DNA from: an uncultured archaeon | Lineage (GTDB): Archaea; Asgardarchaeota; Heimdallarchaeia; Heimdallarchaeales; Kariarchaeaceae | Assembly (NCBI GenBank): GCA_964645535.1 | Contig: CAZYCQ010000024.1 | Span: 1 to 18,259, forward strand | Reading direction: 5' to 3' | DNA: 18,259 nt | Shown here: piece after piece, positions 8,260-18,259 of the stretch | How the letters are laid out: every line of letters begins with the position of its first letter | Position numbering within the stretch: position 1 is the first letter of the stretch | Notes under the pieces: generated by a model | What the model was told of the DNA's origin: nothing | The model's input: the letters and a program-made list of their open reading frames with translations, nothing else | The model's database searches: none | Made by a program: the position numbers and the translations under genes

Positions 8260-10047
8260 TTAACTTAACTGGAACAACTTTTCCAATAGTTCCTTTCTAA
8301 TAATTTTCTCTGTGTTTTTTTCCATAATCTCTTCACGGCAAATATTTTCGAGAATTCTATCAATTGCCTGCAAGAACTTGGGATATAATCCCTCAACATT
8401 TTTTCCATTCACCAGCAACCAGAATTCACGGTTTGCCACGGAATGGTACAATATTCCATAATCTTCAACTTGGACATATTTCTGCCCATATTCCTTCCAG
8501 AATTGAAGAAGTAGCTTTATGCCATAAAGCAACCCACTTACGAAAACAGAAAGGACATTTTCGGAGAGGAGAGGCACATTCAGGAGTTCAAGCCCATCAT
8601 CTTGAGTAATTATGAATGCAATTGGATTAGATTGATGAGATGGGCCAAAGTCATATAATTCTAAAAAATCTTCCTTAAATCCTACTTGATCGAAGATCCG
8701 ATTGTGCAAGTTAGTGATCCCTTTTACCTTTTCTGCTGTTTTCCGAATTTCTGCAATTTTTGGGAAGAGGTAATGCAGTCTGTATTCAGCAATAAAACCC
8801 TCCGCAAGATCTAAAGTCGGTTGAAGTAGTTCATCATTTTTCTTAATTGCATGGAATTTAGCCTTTAGAATGAGATAGAGTACCTTATGGTATATTGAAT
8901 TTTCCTTTTCTGCAAATTCGATAATGAAATCCAATATATCTGCAATCTTGAAAATCACGTTTGTCTCAAATTGTCGAGATCTTTGTATCTTTTCCAATTC
9001 TATGTCCACAAGGTGGTAATATAAGTCAAGCTTCAAAGGGATTGCAATATGAGGATCGTTAAGCAATTTTATGAGTGCAGAGACATCTGTGTTTGTAGGC
9101 TTGCCGGCAGCATTGCGAATGATAAACGAAAACGCGAAAACCCCTGGTTGATTTTTGAATTTGGAAATGAGGGAATCAAACCTGTTGAAGAGGTTTTCAA
9201 AAGGCTTTTTTAGTTTTATTTTGGTCAATGTTTGGTAGTACATCAATTCTGGCATCAGTCGTTTTGTTTCCTCTTGGCTTATGATGTCAATGCCTTTTTG
9301 AAAGTCTTTTTCTGCAGCCATATATCGTCCATTTTGATAATTTATCTGTCCCCTCTGTAAAAAGGCATAAGCATTAATTTCATTGTTTCCAAATTTTTGC
9401 CCTAAATGTGTCAATAGGGTTAATTCAAATGATGCCAGCTCCAGTTGTCCCACTTTAATGAGTAGATTACATAGGAGAAATGTCCCAAGATAAACCCCAT
9501 AATCGAACCCATAGGTTTTGGCTTCAACCACTGCCTCATCAATCATTTTTTTGGAATTAATAATCTGGCCCATCGATAATATTGCAAATGCATGGTAGAT
9601 CTTAGAATATAGTAACCTATGAATTTCTCCATTTTTTAGATAAAAGGCATTCATTTTTTTGTAACCGGTCGCGGCAACATCAAACCTTCCCAAAAGTAGG
9701 TTCGCAAATGCAATGGTTTCTAACGACAACCCATAAATTCTCATAAGACCCTCTTTGGGAAGACTTTGAACTAAGCCATCCAATTTATGGATGCCATTGA
9801 GGACATTCTCTCGAGAATTAATATCAATCATCCCTTCGAAAAGAAGTCGAAATGCATTTAGATGGAGATTATCGGATCGATCTTGGATTTTCCGAATTTT
9901 TTTACAAAGATCCCTTGCGGATTGTAATTTGTTTTGCTGTATTGCCAAATATGTTGACAGGACAAGCCACGATTGATATTGTTCCGTGAATTCTTCGGAA
10001 GGTTGAAATTTGGAAAGTAAAATTTCAGCATCTGCAAAATATCCCAT
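8260..10047 (-). CDS. TPR-like helical repeat protein with C-terminal longin-like domain
   Basis: Repeated TPR-type helices (e.g. AYAFLQRGQINYQNGRYMAAEKDFQKGI). C-terminal AFIITQDDGLELL...VFVSGLLYGI...VQVEDYGILY resembles Asgard longin-like domains. Start uncertain because the frame stays open upstream. Confidence 0.7.
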   Translation of the reverse strand: MGYFADAEILLSKFQPSEEFTEQYQSWLVLSTYLAIQQNKLQSARDLCKKIRKIQDRSDNLHLNAFRLLFEGMIDINSRENVLNGIHKLDGLVQSLPKEGLMRIYGLSLETIAFANLLLGRFDVAATGYKKMNAFYLKNGEIHRLLYSKIYHAFAILSMGQIINSKKMIDEAVVEAKTYGFDYGVYLGTFLLCNLLIKVGQLELASFELTLLTHLGQKFGNNEINAYAFLQRGQINYQNGRYMAAEKDFQKGIDIISQEETKRLMPELMYYQTLTKIKLKKPFENLFNRFDSLISKFKNQPGVFAFSFIIRNAAGKPTNTDVSALIKLLNDPHIAIPLKLDLYYHLVDIELEKIQRSRQFETNVIFKIADILDFIIEFAEKENSIYHKVLYLILKAKFHAIKKNDELLQPTLDLAEGFIAEYRLHYLFPKIAEIRKTAEKVKGITNLHNRIFDQVGFKEDFLELYDFGPSHQSNPIAFIITQDDGLELLNVPLLSENVLSVFVSGLLYGIKLLLQFWKEYGQKYVQVEDYGILYHSVANREFWLLVNGKNVEGLYPKFLQAIDRILENICREEIMEKNTEKIIRKELLEKLFQLS

Positions 10048-10378
10048 TTCAATTTTTTCAAAGCTCTCAATTAAGTATGAAGAAGGGTCTTCAGCAGAAT
10101 TTGAAAATGTGGTTTTTAAAAAACCTAAATCATTACGGGAAAAAAGTTCAAGGAATTTTATGTATAAGTATATTTTTTTATTTAAATAAATCTTTCTGTG
10201 GGTAAATTAGTATATTTTTTAAAAAAATGATAATTAATTGTATAAATATACCATTCCATAAATTCTTTTTTCGTTCTTGAAACCTTGATTTCTTGAGAGA
10301 ACGAACATGGCATTCCACCGGCGTTATTGAATCTTCGAGTGTAAGAAGGCATTAATAAAATAGGGAGGGGTGGTTCTC

Positions 10379-10768
10379 ATGAAAGGGCTCAATAATATTG
10401 GGAACGGCGATTTTTCTTGGTCTGCAATTAGGCGTTGTGCTTGGATTGCTGTTTCACCTTCTGGGGCTTAACATTCTTTGGGGCGTATCTGCAGGAACCA
10501 TTGTCGCACGCCTTACTGGACTGTTTGTATTTGTGGAAACAAGCCGCACTGGCTCGGTTTTGTTCACGGGAGAATTGGATGATTTGGCGAATGAATTGCG
10601 CAAAAGCAATTTTATGCCAGTCAGGACGGAAGGCATCGCTCATCCTACAAATATTGGAATTTCTTGATTGAAGTTCCCGTAAGGGTTGAGGGCGGCGAAA
10701 ATGCGTTGAGAGTCACCGATCCTAAAAGACTGCTTGCTCGGCTGAACGGGTCGCAAATGGGAAATTGA
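10379..10768 (+). pseudogene. Small membrane protein, apparently frameshifted (core ORF 10398-10667)
   Basis: ATG 10379 follows GGGAGGGG but is out of frame with a two-TM core. A protein-like continuation (YKYWNFLIEVPVRVEGGENALRVTDPKRLL) runs in another frame to TGA 10766-10768. Confidence 0.35.
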
Positions 10769-10820
10769 AGTGAAAATTGGCAAAAAGACACCCAGAGTGG
10801 CGAATTTTTAATAGTTCAAA

Positions 10821-11435
10821 TTGCCATACCAACTCATGCCATATTCAAGGGCGTTTGTCAACTGGTTAAGGGTCTGGCTTGGCATCAGTATTGTCCTACA
10901 GATCTTCATCAGATATATTCTACCAAGTGTCATCAATCAATATAATGCATCACAAGTTTCCCTTCTGTTAACGGGGATTGCAATCGTTCGGACAATATTT
11001 CTTGTAACCGTTTCTTTTTGGGGAATTGCATTGGAAGGAAATCCTCGTGACAGGCTGGGTTGGGGATTGATATTAATTTCACTCGTCATAGATTGGATCT
11101 TTAGCTTGTTTGTAGCACCGATGGTCATCATTCAAGGAATCCAAGCATTCTACATGTATTCATTGATTTTTTACCAAATCAGGCTCATGGTTTCTCTTTC
11201 AGCGATTTACCTGATTGGTAGGCCAGATACTTCCAGGTATTTAGCGGTTTCCCTTGCCCTTATCATGATGTCTACCCTTTCGAGTCCCTTGTTTTCATCC
11301 TCAGAGACATTATATTGGCTGAATAATGGAGAATTCATATTGTCTTCGGGCTTTTTGGGAGTCTTGATGGTCAAAGCGGATGGGCTTTTGAAGCATGCAG
11401 AATTCGACACCTATCCCACATGGCAGGTTCAGTAA
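10821..11435 (+). CDS. Hypothetical multi-pass membrane protein (about 6 TM)
   Basis: 204-aa ORF with six hydrophobic segments; no family motif recognised. Confidence 0.7.
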   Translation: MPYQLMPYSRAFVNWLRVWLGISIVLQIFIRYILPSVINQYNASQVSLLLTGIAIVRTIFLVTVSFWGIALEGNPRDRLGWGLILISLVIDWIFSLFVAPMVIIQGIQAFYMYSLIFYQIRLMVSLSAIYLIGRPDTSRYLAVSLALIMMSTLSSPLFSSSETLYWLNNGEFILSSGFLGVLMVKADGLLKHAEFDTYPTWQVQ

Positions 11436-11473
11436 AAACAAAATTGCCATTCTTGCATTTACGATTGTGACGG

Positions 11474-12463
11474 GTGTGCCGATATGGTTTGGGAATTATC
11501 TTTCAGCGGTTCAGCTTTTCCATCCATTGGAGGAGAGCATCAAGGAGTTCAGTGACAACATACGGGATCAGAATTATCGTGACCGTGGAATGGTTCAGAG
11601 AATTGGGGATCGGGGAGTCGAGGATTGACTTCAATGAGGTAGGCGTTCGATATTCCTCCAGCTTTTACCGATTGCCCCATGGATACGAAGACATTCCGTC
11701 AATCATTATTTCACCGGACATCCCCCATGGAAAGAGATATGGGGTATTTTTCAATGTTGGTGATTCAATTCTTTTGACATTGACTGGTGTTCTCAATGAG
11801 GAAGTTTCGACAAAGGATCCGGAGTTCCGGGAATTTGCACGCGAATTGGAGCATGATTCAATATCCCGAATTCTGGATTACCTTGAGCCGATGAGTGATA
11901 TCTATCATTTCAGTTATCCCCGTACAAGGTGGGTAAGATATGATAAGCTCCATAATTTTCCGAACAGGTTCCTTGTCATTGGTGATGCATTGTGTAGCTT
12001 CAATCCGATCTATGGGCAAGGCATGACTGTGGCGTCATATGAAGCATATGTCTTGAATGAGTTGCTCAAAAAGAATGGGCTTGACAATATCCACAGGAAG
12101 TTCTACAGAAAAGCGAATTCGATTGTCAGTTTGAGTTGGAACCTTTCGTCTTCAGACATGCTGAAATATCCGGAGGCATCGGGCAAGAGGACTTTGGCAA
12201 TTCGTTTCAAGAATTGGTATATGAAGCAGGTCATGTTGGCAAGTGGATCTGAATACATCAACAAGAAATTCCTACGTGTCATGACCTATCTTTCTTCACC
12301 GGCAACCCTTTTCTCACCACTGTTTTTGGTTCGTCTGTTTTTGGCTAGACCTTTCAGGCCCAAGTATGAACCAGATTTTGATTCCATTCAGCGGGTAAGA
12401 GAAAGTCATGAAAATGTAAAGCCCTATCAAGAAACGAGTGAGATCATTACACAGGATCATTGA
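11474..12463 (+). pseudogene. N-terminally truncated FAD-dependent monooxygenase/oxidoreductase
   Basis: C-terminal FAD motif FLVIGDALCSFNPIYGQGMTVA is present. Similarity starts near EWFRELG (~11585). No GxGxxG Rossmann motif or DG motif in this or upstream ORFs. Confidence 0.7.
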
Positions 12464-12593
12464 ATTGACAGACTGTAAGCAAGTACCATCAATTTTTGGG
12501 TCGGAAAGGAAGAACCAGAAACAGCAGATGTGTTTTTGGGATTGGGTTCATGCGATGGGGAAAAGTTAAAAATCATTCGGACGTAGGGAATTC

Positions 12594-13985
12594 ATGGAGG
12601 AGAAAACGGGAGATTGGGAGCAACAGGTCAATGAGACGTGGAATGGCTACAAAGCCATAAACAGGGGGGATCCAGAAAAGGAGAGATATGCCCGAGAGAA
12701 GCTTTGGCCATTGACATTGGAAGCATTGAAGCATTCATGGGAGCGATTTCCTGACGCAAGGGTTCGGGGGGCGATCTTGACGGTAGGGTTTTCGCCAGAA
12801 CCCATTGCGGGAACCTTGGCAGTGGTAAAACCGGAGTACGCGTGTTTGCTTCATACGGACAAATCTGAGAAGGTTGTCGACAGGGTTATTTCCTTGGCAG
12901 AATATCCCAGAAGCAGGGTTCGACTGTTCAAGGTTTCCAAGGATGACGTCTCGTCCCTCTACAAGAAGTTCAGGGAGGCAGTCGGTTTTTTGGTCACTGA
13001 GTGCAATATCCCGAAGGAGGAGATTGCAGTGGATCCGACAGGTGGGACGAAAACGATGCCGTTTGCAGGAGGTATTGTTGGTTTGAGCTATAATCTGTCA
13101 TTGCTGTATGTCAGCAATGAAAAATATGATCCGGATGAGAGGCGTCCGATTGCAGGCCATGAGTTTTTTGTTTTCAAGCGGAGGCTTTCCAATTCGTATC
13201 CGATACGGGATTATCTCAAGGCAGTGGATTTGGTTCGAAACTTCGCATTTCATAACGCATTGAAGATCTGGGAGACGATGTATGATGATGAAATCGCAAG
13301 CCACAGGTTGCTCTTTTATCTTGCAAGAGGTCTATCGATGTGGGATTCATTCAGATATGATAAGGCCATTGAACATTTCAGGAAAGTCCTGAAGATTTCA
13401 GATCAATTCCAAACCACAAATGGGGAAGAAGCGAACCGGATCATCAATTCGTGGATTGACCATCTATTGCAGGTGAAGCAGCATGAGGGATTGAAGGCGA
13501 TTGATTATTTCTGCCATGCAAACCGGCTTTATGAACAGGGAAATGCGAATGTAGCAATAATCATGTTTTATGTTTCCTTTGAGACATTTGTTGAATGGGT
13601 ATGCCAAGAGCATGGCATTGACAGGTCTGAGTTCACACAGGAAAAATTGGAATTCAAGACGGCAGAGGAACTGCTCCGCAAATTCAAGAGGAGTTTCAAA
13701 GGAGGGAAATTAGGGCTCATTGAAGGATTGGCAGTACTTGCGCACCATTATCCGATTGATCAGAAGCAGATCGGCAGGAGCATGAGGTTTGCAGAGCTTC
13801 GAAATGATGTCGTGCATCGCGGCAAAGCAGCGGATGCAAGCGAGATCGAAAATTCCATTGATTTCCTGAAGGAATTTTTTGGAATGTTCAAGGATAAATT
13901 GGGTGAGGAAGCATTCTGTACGCGTTTGTCATCGAAGAATCTAAAATTGATTGCTGATTGGCTGGAAGAGATATCATGGTATTGA
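12594..13985 (+). CDS. CARF-helical-HEPN protein (TIGR02710/Csm6-Csx1-like putative RNase)
   Basis: CARF motifs ILTVGFSPEP and AVDPTGGTKTM, LLYVSN...RRP..G.E, a TPR-like middle region, and a C-terminal HEPN RxxxxH (RNDVVH) preceded by AIIMFYVSFE. Confidence 0.85.
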   Translation: MEEKTGDWEQQVNETWNGYKAINRGDPEKERYAREKLWPLTLEALKHSWERFPDARVRGAILTVGFSPEPIAGTLAVVKPEYACLLHTDKSEKVVDRVISLAEYPRSRVRLFKVSKDDVSSLYKKFREAVGFLVTECNIPKEEIAVDPTGGTKTMPFAGGIVGLSYNLSLLYVSNEKYDPDERRPIAGHEFFVFKRRLSNSYPIRDYLKAVDLVRNFAFHNALKIWETMYDDEIASHRLLFYLARGLSMWDSFRYDKAIEHFRKVLKISDQFQTTNGEEANRIINSWIDHLLQVKQHEGLKAIDYFCHANRLYEQGNANVAIIMFYVSFETFVEWVCQEHGIDRSEFTQEKLEFKTAEELLRKFKRSFKGGKLGLIEGLAVLAHHYPIDQKQIGRSMRFAELRNDVVHRGKAADASEIENSIDFLKEFFGMFKDKLGEEAFCTRLSSKNLKLIADWLEEISWY

Positions 13986-14022
13986 ATGGTGGAGGAAAAC
14001 ATAGGTATGGTCATCAAGTCGA

Positions 14023-15453
14023 TTATTTGTGAATAGCAATCACTGTCTTTCTTTTTTTGAGGAGTGGGATGGCAATGAAGGAGGCGACTGGAATCCAAGA
14101 CAGAGGTAGTGCATTGGACGGAGTGGAAGGAGTTTCTGTAACTGAAGAAGTGGCATTATTGGTCGATGAGGAGGAATTTGTTGTGGTCGTGGGAGTTGAG
14201 GGGGGATGTTGTGGCCGGATTCCGAATTCATAGGTCACATTTGTTGAAGATGAAGATATCTCAATCACATAGTTTCCAGATCCGAGGATGTGTGAATCTT
14301 GTGAAAATGTCTCGAAAGCACCAAGACTTAAAATGAAATCCATTTCATCCCCATTTTTTCCGTAAAGTATGAGTGTAAGGAATAAAAAGCGTTCATCCGG
14401 GCCGGAAAAGGTCAGGTTAAAGAAGAACGTGTCGGTTTCGTTGACTGTGAAAGTATAAAGATCCAAATAGTCTAGGGTTCCATCATCGGACAGCAAACCG
14501 TTTCCGACAGTTCCTTGATATTTTCCATACGGTGTGATTTGAATCCCAGTAATTGCATCTGCATCATGTCCAGATCCTGCATCATTCTGGGGCGGGATTG
14601 TGGCAAGAGTAAAGGTGAGGCTGAATTGATAGGTTATGTTTTCACCAAACCCCAAAACGGTTAGGAAGTAATTTCCTGCCACACCGATTGGTGCATCAAA
14701 TGTCATCTCCTCTTCATCGGAAAGATATTGGGAATAGACAAGGGATCCATAATCATTCTCGACACCTAGGGAAATGCTAATTTGTTGACCCAAGAGAATG
14801 GAAAAATTTACTGTGAGATAGCCTTGTCCAGGAAGATCGATTGCGAAATAGTCCAAAGTATCAAGTCTTCCTTCCCAATCCACATGCCCGTTTCCGATTG
14901 TTGCGTTGTATACTGTATTGAGCTGAACTGGTATTGGATGGTCAACATCGGAATCTTGAGACCCATTAGCATCATTTTGTGAATAGGTTCCAGGATGCCA
15001 AGTCAAGATAAAGCTGTAGGCAACATTTTCACTGAAAGTAGACAGTTTCAGGAAAAGAGTACCATTTGCCAAGATAGGAACCGTGAAATTAGCGGTACCA
15101 TCTTCGTTGATGAACCCCTCACCAGCCAGTTCTGTTTCATCGAAATGGATACCGATATCAAGATAGAAGAAGAATTCAGTGGAAGAGGCATTCACCTCAA
15201 CGGTAAGGAATCCCGTTGTAGTGAAGAAAGAGAAAAAATCATCTGTATCCTCACCACCCTGATGATCTGTAAGAGCTGTTCCGATGGTTCCTGAATAGGC
15301 GGTGTTCAGGGCTATTTCAGGAATATCAGGAGAATCGATATTCCCTGGTGCATCATGGCCAGAGCCTGCATCATCTTGAGTGGCCCAAACCCCCATTGAA
15401 AAAGATAGTAGGAAAATTGTGAATATAGATAGAATTGTCGTTTTTTTCACCAT
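14023..15453 (-). CDS. Secreted/surface protein with three repeated beta-sandwich (PPC-like) modules and C-terminal sorting tail
   Basis: Signal peptide MVKKTTILSIF..., three units starting QDDAGSGHDA / QNDANGSQDS / QNDAGSGHDA each with a D..D.(F/Y) motif, S/T-rich linker, tail LPLSWIPVASFIAIPLLKKRK. Confidence 0.85.
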   Translation of the reverse strand: MVKKTTILSIFTIFLLSFSMGVWATQDDAGSGHDAPGNIDSPDIPEIALNTAYSGTIGTALTDHQGGEDTDDFFSFFTTTGFLTVEVNASSTEFFFYLDIGIHFDETELAGEGFINEDGTANFTVPILANGTLFLKLSTFSENVAYSFILTWHPGTYSQNDANGSQDSDVDHPIPVQLNTVYNATIGNGHVDWEGRLDTLDYFAIDLPGQGYLTVNFSILLGQQISISLGVENDYGSLVYSQYLSDEEEMTFDAPIGVAGNYFLTVLGFGENITYQFSLTFTLATIPPQNDAGSGHDADAITGIQITPYGKYQGTVGNGLLSDDGTLDYLDLYTFTVNETDTFFFNLTFSGPDERFLFLTLILYGKNGDEMDFILSLGAFETFSQDSHILGSGNYVIEISSSSTNVTYEFGIRPQHPPSTPTTTTNSSSSTNNATSSVTETPSTPSNALPLSWIPVASFIAIPLLKKRKTVIAIHK

Positions 15454-15602
15454 GATTCACCATCCCCCTCCAATTCTTTAAAAACGTTTTTTTCGGTATT
15501 TGGAGTGGAAGAAGGTGAGGAAAAACAGCCATAAACTATAGCAATGGGTTCAAACAAATCCAAGGATTTCAGATATATTGAAGGTAATTGAAGTTAATAC
15601 AA

Positions 15603-15815
15603 TCATGCCTGTATTTTTTGTTTTTTGCATGAGATCAAGGGAACGACGGCCAATGGGACAAAGAACCACGGATCAATTGGAGATGGCAAGAGTCCGGTAG
15701 TGGTTCCACTTTTCTTTCCTTGGTGATGGATAACTAAGGTCATATCGTACTTTGAGAAGTAATATGTGAGAACAGGAACTCGGTAAACCGGGTTCATTCT
15801 TTTCCAGATGATCAA
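15603..15815 (-). pseudogene. 3' remnant of another surface protein with a sorting tail
   Basis: Ends in TTTGLLPSPIDPWFFVPLAVVPLISCKKQK, the same tail architecture as its neighbour, but has no signal peptide. Confidence 0.45.
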
Positions 15816-15875
15816 ATAACTTATGATCGAACATAACCCTCCAAATTTATAATTCGTGAAAAAACATGACTATTT

Positions 15876-16787
15876 GTGTTCGTGGAGATTGAAGATGGGG
15901 TGAAGGTTGAGGTTAGAATAACAAACGAAGGAAAAGGAGAGTCCATCTTACTTGCCAATGGATCCATATTCAATTTCAGACAATATGACATGGTTCTTTT
16001 CCCATATTTAAGGAAGCTACTCAAGGACAGGTATACCTTCATTCAATACGATTATGTAGGGATCGGTCAGTCCTCTCCACTAAAAGGGGATTTTGATTTT
16101 GTAAAAATTGCAGACCAACAGATTGAACTTCTCGATATTTTAGGAGTCGACAAGGTACACTTATTTGGCTATTCCAAAGGGGCACTGATCAATCAACTGG
16201 TTGCCGCGAAATCTCCTGAACGAGTGAGCTCAATGGGAGCTTATGGCTCACCAAATCTTGCAGATCCAAATTCCTTGGATTGGGCGATTGATGAATTCAA
16301 GAGTAGAGTTAAACGTTTGGAAACATTGAGGGATATCTGGGAACAAAAGATTTCTGAGCAAAATTACGGAAAGGTATACGATACTGTTTTTCGACCCACA
16401 ATTTTCAGGAATGAGAAATTCTCATTGATTGATCGCGTGAAAAATGCCTATTTTAGGAGGAAATTGAAACCACTTCTTTTAGGAACAAAGGTGGAAGTAT
16501 TGTACAAACTTTTTGATTACTATACACGCCCGACACCAAAGGAGGAAAAAGTACGTTATACGGAGGCAATCAAGTCAATACAGGCACCTACTTTTTTGAT
16601 GCATGGAACAGATGATGAAATCATTCCCATCAGTGCGTCCAGATTACTCAATGAATGGATTCCAAATTCCACTCTCATGGAATTGGAAGGCTACCGCCAT
16701 TCCGAACCTATGTTGGTTTCCTCCAAAGGGAAGACATTGATGCATCATTATGCAAATTTTCTTTTTCAATTGAAAGAAATGGATTGA
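15876..16787 (+). CDS. Alpha/beta-fold hydrolase
   Basis: LLANG, YDYVGIGQS, nucleophile elbow GYSKG, HGTDDEIIP, GYRH; GTG start. Confidence 0.9.
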   Translation: MFVEIEDGVKVEVRITNEGKGESILLANGSIFNFRQYDMVLFPYLRKLLKDRYTFIQYDYVGIGQSSPLKGDFDFVKIADQQIELLDILGVDKVHLFGYSKGALINQLVAAKSPERVSSMGAYGSPNLADPNSLDWAIDEFKSRVKRLETLRDIWEQKISEQNYGKVYDTVFRPTIFRNEKFSLIDRVKNAYFRRKLKPLLLGTKVEVLYKLFDYYTRPTPKEEKVRYTEAIKSIQAPTFLMHGTDDEIIPISASRLLNEWIPNSTLMELEGYRHSEPMLVSSKGKTLMHHYANFLFQLKEMD

Positions 16788-16805
16788 AAAATCCATTTGG
16801 ATATT

Positions 16806-17894
16806 TTAGACATAAATCTCATGCACAATTTGTCTGATATGGTTGATTTCCTCTTCAAAGACCTCGGGATAAACTACATCCTTCGTTGTTTCAAGATCAG
16901 ACCGATATTTCTTTTCGAAATTCTGGAGATAATACCGTCCGAGCAATTCAAGGTTGGTAGAGGCATTTCCAGAGAGAATGAAGATGAGTATTGTATATTT
17001 TCCAGGAATGAAGAACAAGAGTGAATCTTGGAAAAATATAGATTTAAGACCTGTGTCTCCAACAATCGATTCCATACTCGTCTTGATTGCACTGAGTACA
17101 CCCATGAGCAGTGTAGTCTCAATTTCCTCACCTGATTTCATATCGACGGAAACAAGGGGAATCCCAGTCTTGTTGGCAATTATTGCCGTATTGACCGTTG
17201 TGGTAGTAAAAGCGAGAGTTAAGGGATTGGTCAAAAGTGACAAGCTCCATATCATAACCCCGAAAGAAAATATAAGGGGACGGAATTGCCTAATGACATC
17301 GTTGGATGTGAAGGGGGTTAATGCAACCCAAACGACAATTAAGAAGTAAGCAACAACAAGCATAATCACATGCGGTCGTTTGATAAATAATTTGTTCATT
17401 TTTAGTTTGAGTATCAGTGGCCGAAAAATATATCCTAGAAATAGCGACAACAGAATAATTGAGAACAAACCAACAGAAGGAGAATAAATAGCGGTGATAC
17501 CAGTTTTATCGACATTAATCTCGACATTTGATCTGGAAGTAAGTAGACCGATAAGTATACCTGTGAGAGCAGTGATGAAATGTGCCCGTATGGGTAACCT
17601 GTCATACTGATTGATTAAGGAAACAAAAATTATTAACAAAATGCCAGCCATAAGTAAGACATTCGCGATTGCCCACGAAACAAAAACCAGATTATCAGGA
17701 ATTAGCAATGTCACAACCTTGCTAAAAACAAAAGATAAAAGAATGAAGGAAAAGCTGATTCCGACCCAAAGATGTCCTACATACCGATATTTTCGATAAG
17801 TGAAAAAGGGGACTATTGCAGCTATTGAACGAAAAAAGAGAATAAGTCCGCTAAATATGACAATTTGAGATGAAATTTGGAAATGTACCATCAA
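16806..17894 (-). CDS. 7TM membrane protein with C-terminal longin-like domain
   Basis: Seven hydrophobic segments in the first ~225 aa, then AIIANKTGIPLVS...LLMGVLSAIKTSMESIV...LKSIFF...NFEKKY..L, a longin-like pattern. Confidence 0.75.
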   Translation of the reverse strand: MMVHFQISSQIVIFSGLILFFRSIAAIVPFFTYRKYRYVGHLWVGISFSFILLSFVFSKVVTLLIPDNLVFVSWAIANVLLMAGILLIIFVSLINQYDRLPIRAHFITALTGILIGLLTSRSNVEINVDKTGITAIYSPSVGLFSIILLSLFLGYIFRPLILKLKMNKLFIKRPHVIMLVVAYFLIVVWVALTPFTSNDVIRQFRPLIFSFGVMIWSLSLLTNPLTLAFTTTTVNTAIIANKTGIPLVSVDMKSGEEIETTLLMGVLSAIKTSMESIVGDTGLKSIFFQDSLLFFIPGKYTILIFILSGNASTNLELLGRYYLQNFEKKYRSDLETTKDVVYPEVFEEEINHIRQIVHEIYV

Positions 17895-18259
17895 TATCTA
17901 TCCTTGAAACAATGTTATTTATTATGCTTCAATTAATTGTTTTCGTTCTAATTTTATTACTTTTCCAATTTATTTCTATTTTTTGGCATTTAGTTAATAT
18001 CCATAAACCATTCGAATCTGCAGCACGGACATCCAAATCCAATTCAGACAGATGTTGGAAACATAACCTTATTTGGAGAAAGACCATGAGCTATGAAAAG
18101 ATAGCAGAACTGAATTGAGAATTGATTCTTTAATAAGTTTCCAGCATCAGACATCAATTTCTAAAGTAGACCAAGAGACGTTTACCTTGAGTTTTCTTAA
18201 GAAAGATGATGATCAAAATATATCTGAAGGCTGGATGAAATTCCCGAAAATAAACCAAT

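Noticed and set aside
18011-18020. TTCGAATCTG matching the tRNA T-arm as a third att copy
   Set aside because: Only 10 bp and the flanks do not match; compatible with chance.
363-18118. Numerous short ORFs overlapping called genes or the tRNA
   Set aside because: Antisense or alternate-frame shadows with no motif support.

Overview
Archaeal genomic window, very likely from an Asgard archaeon (inferred from an Asgard-style LRR module, TPR-longin and 7TM-longin fusions and CTERM-type sorting tails; not confirmed by search). The left part holds an M19 dipeptidase and a NikR-family regulator divergent from a CDF metal exporter, then a 250-codon frame broken by one amber codon and an intact tRNA-Ile(GAT) at 3388-3462. 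The 3' 50 nt of this tRNA plus 4 T are repeated exactly 2668 bp downstream (6081-6134). The repeat brackets an integrase-less islet whose only clear cargo is a coupled ABC-ATPase + TOPRIM-like gene pair, a probable defence module. Strand composition flips from A/C-rich to G/T-rich at the tRNA, which suggests a replication origin or an inversion breakpoint. The rest is an accessory region with an LRR gene, a TPR-longin gene, membrane proteins, a truncated flavin oxidoreductase, an orphan CARF-HEPN effector with no cas genes or array in the window, a repeat-containing surface protein, an alpha/beta hydrolase, a 7TM-longin protein and several decayed genes.
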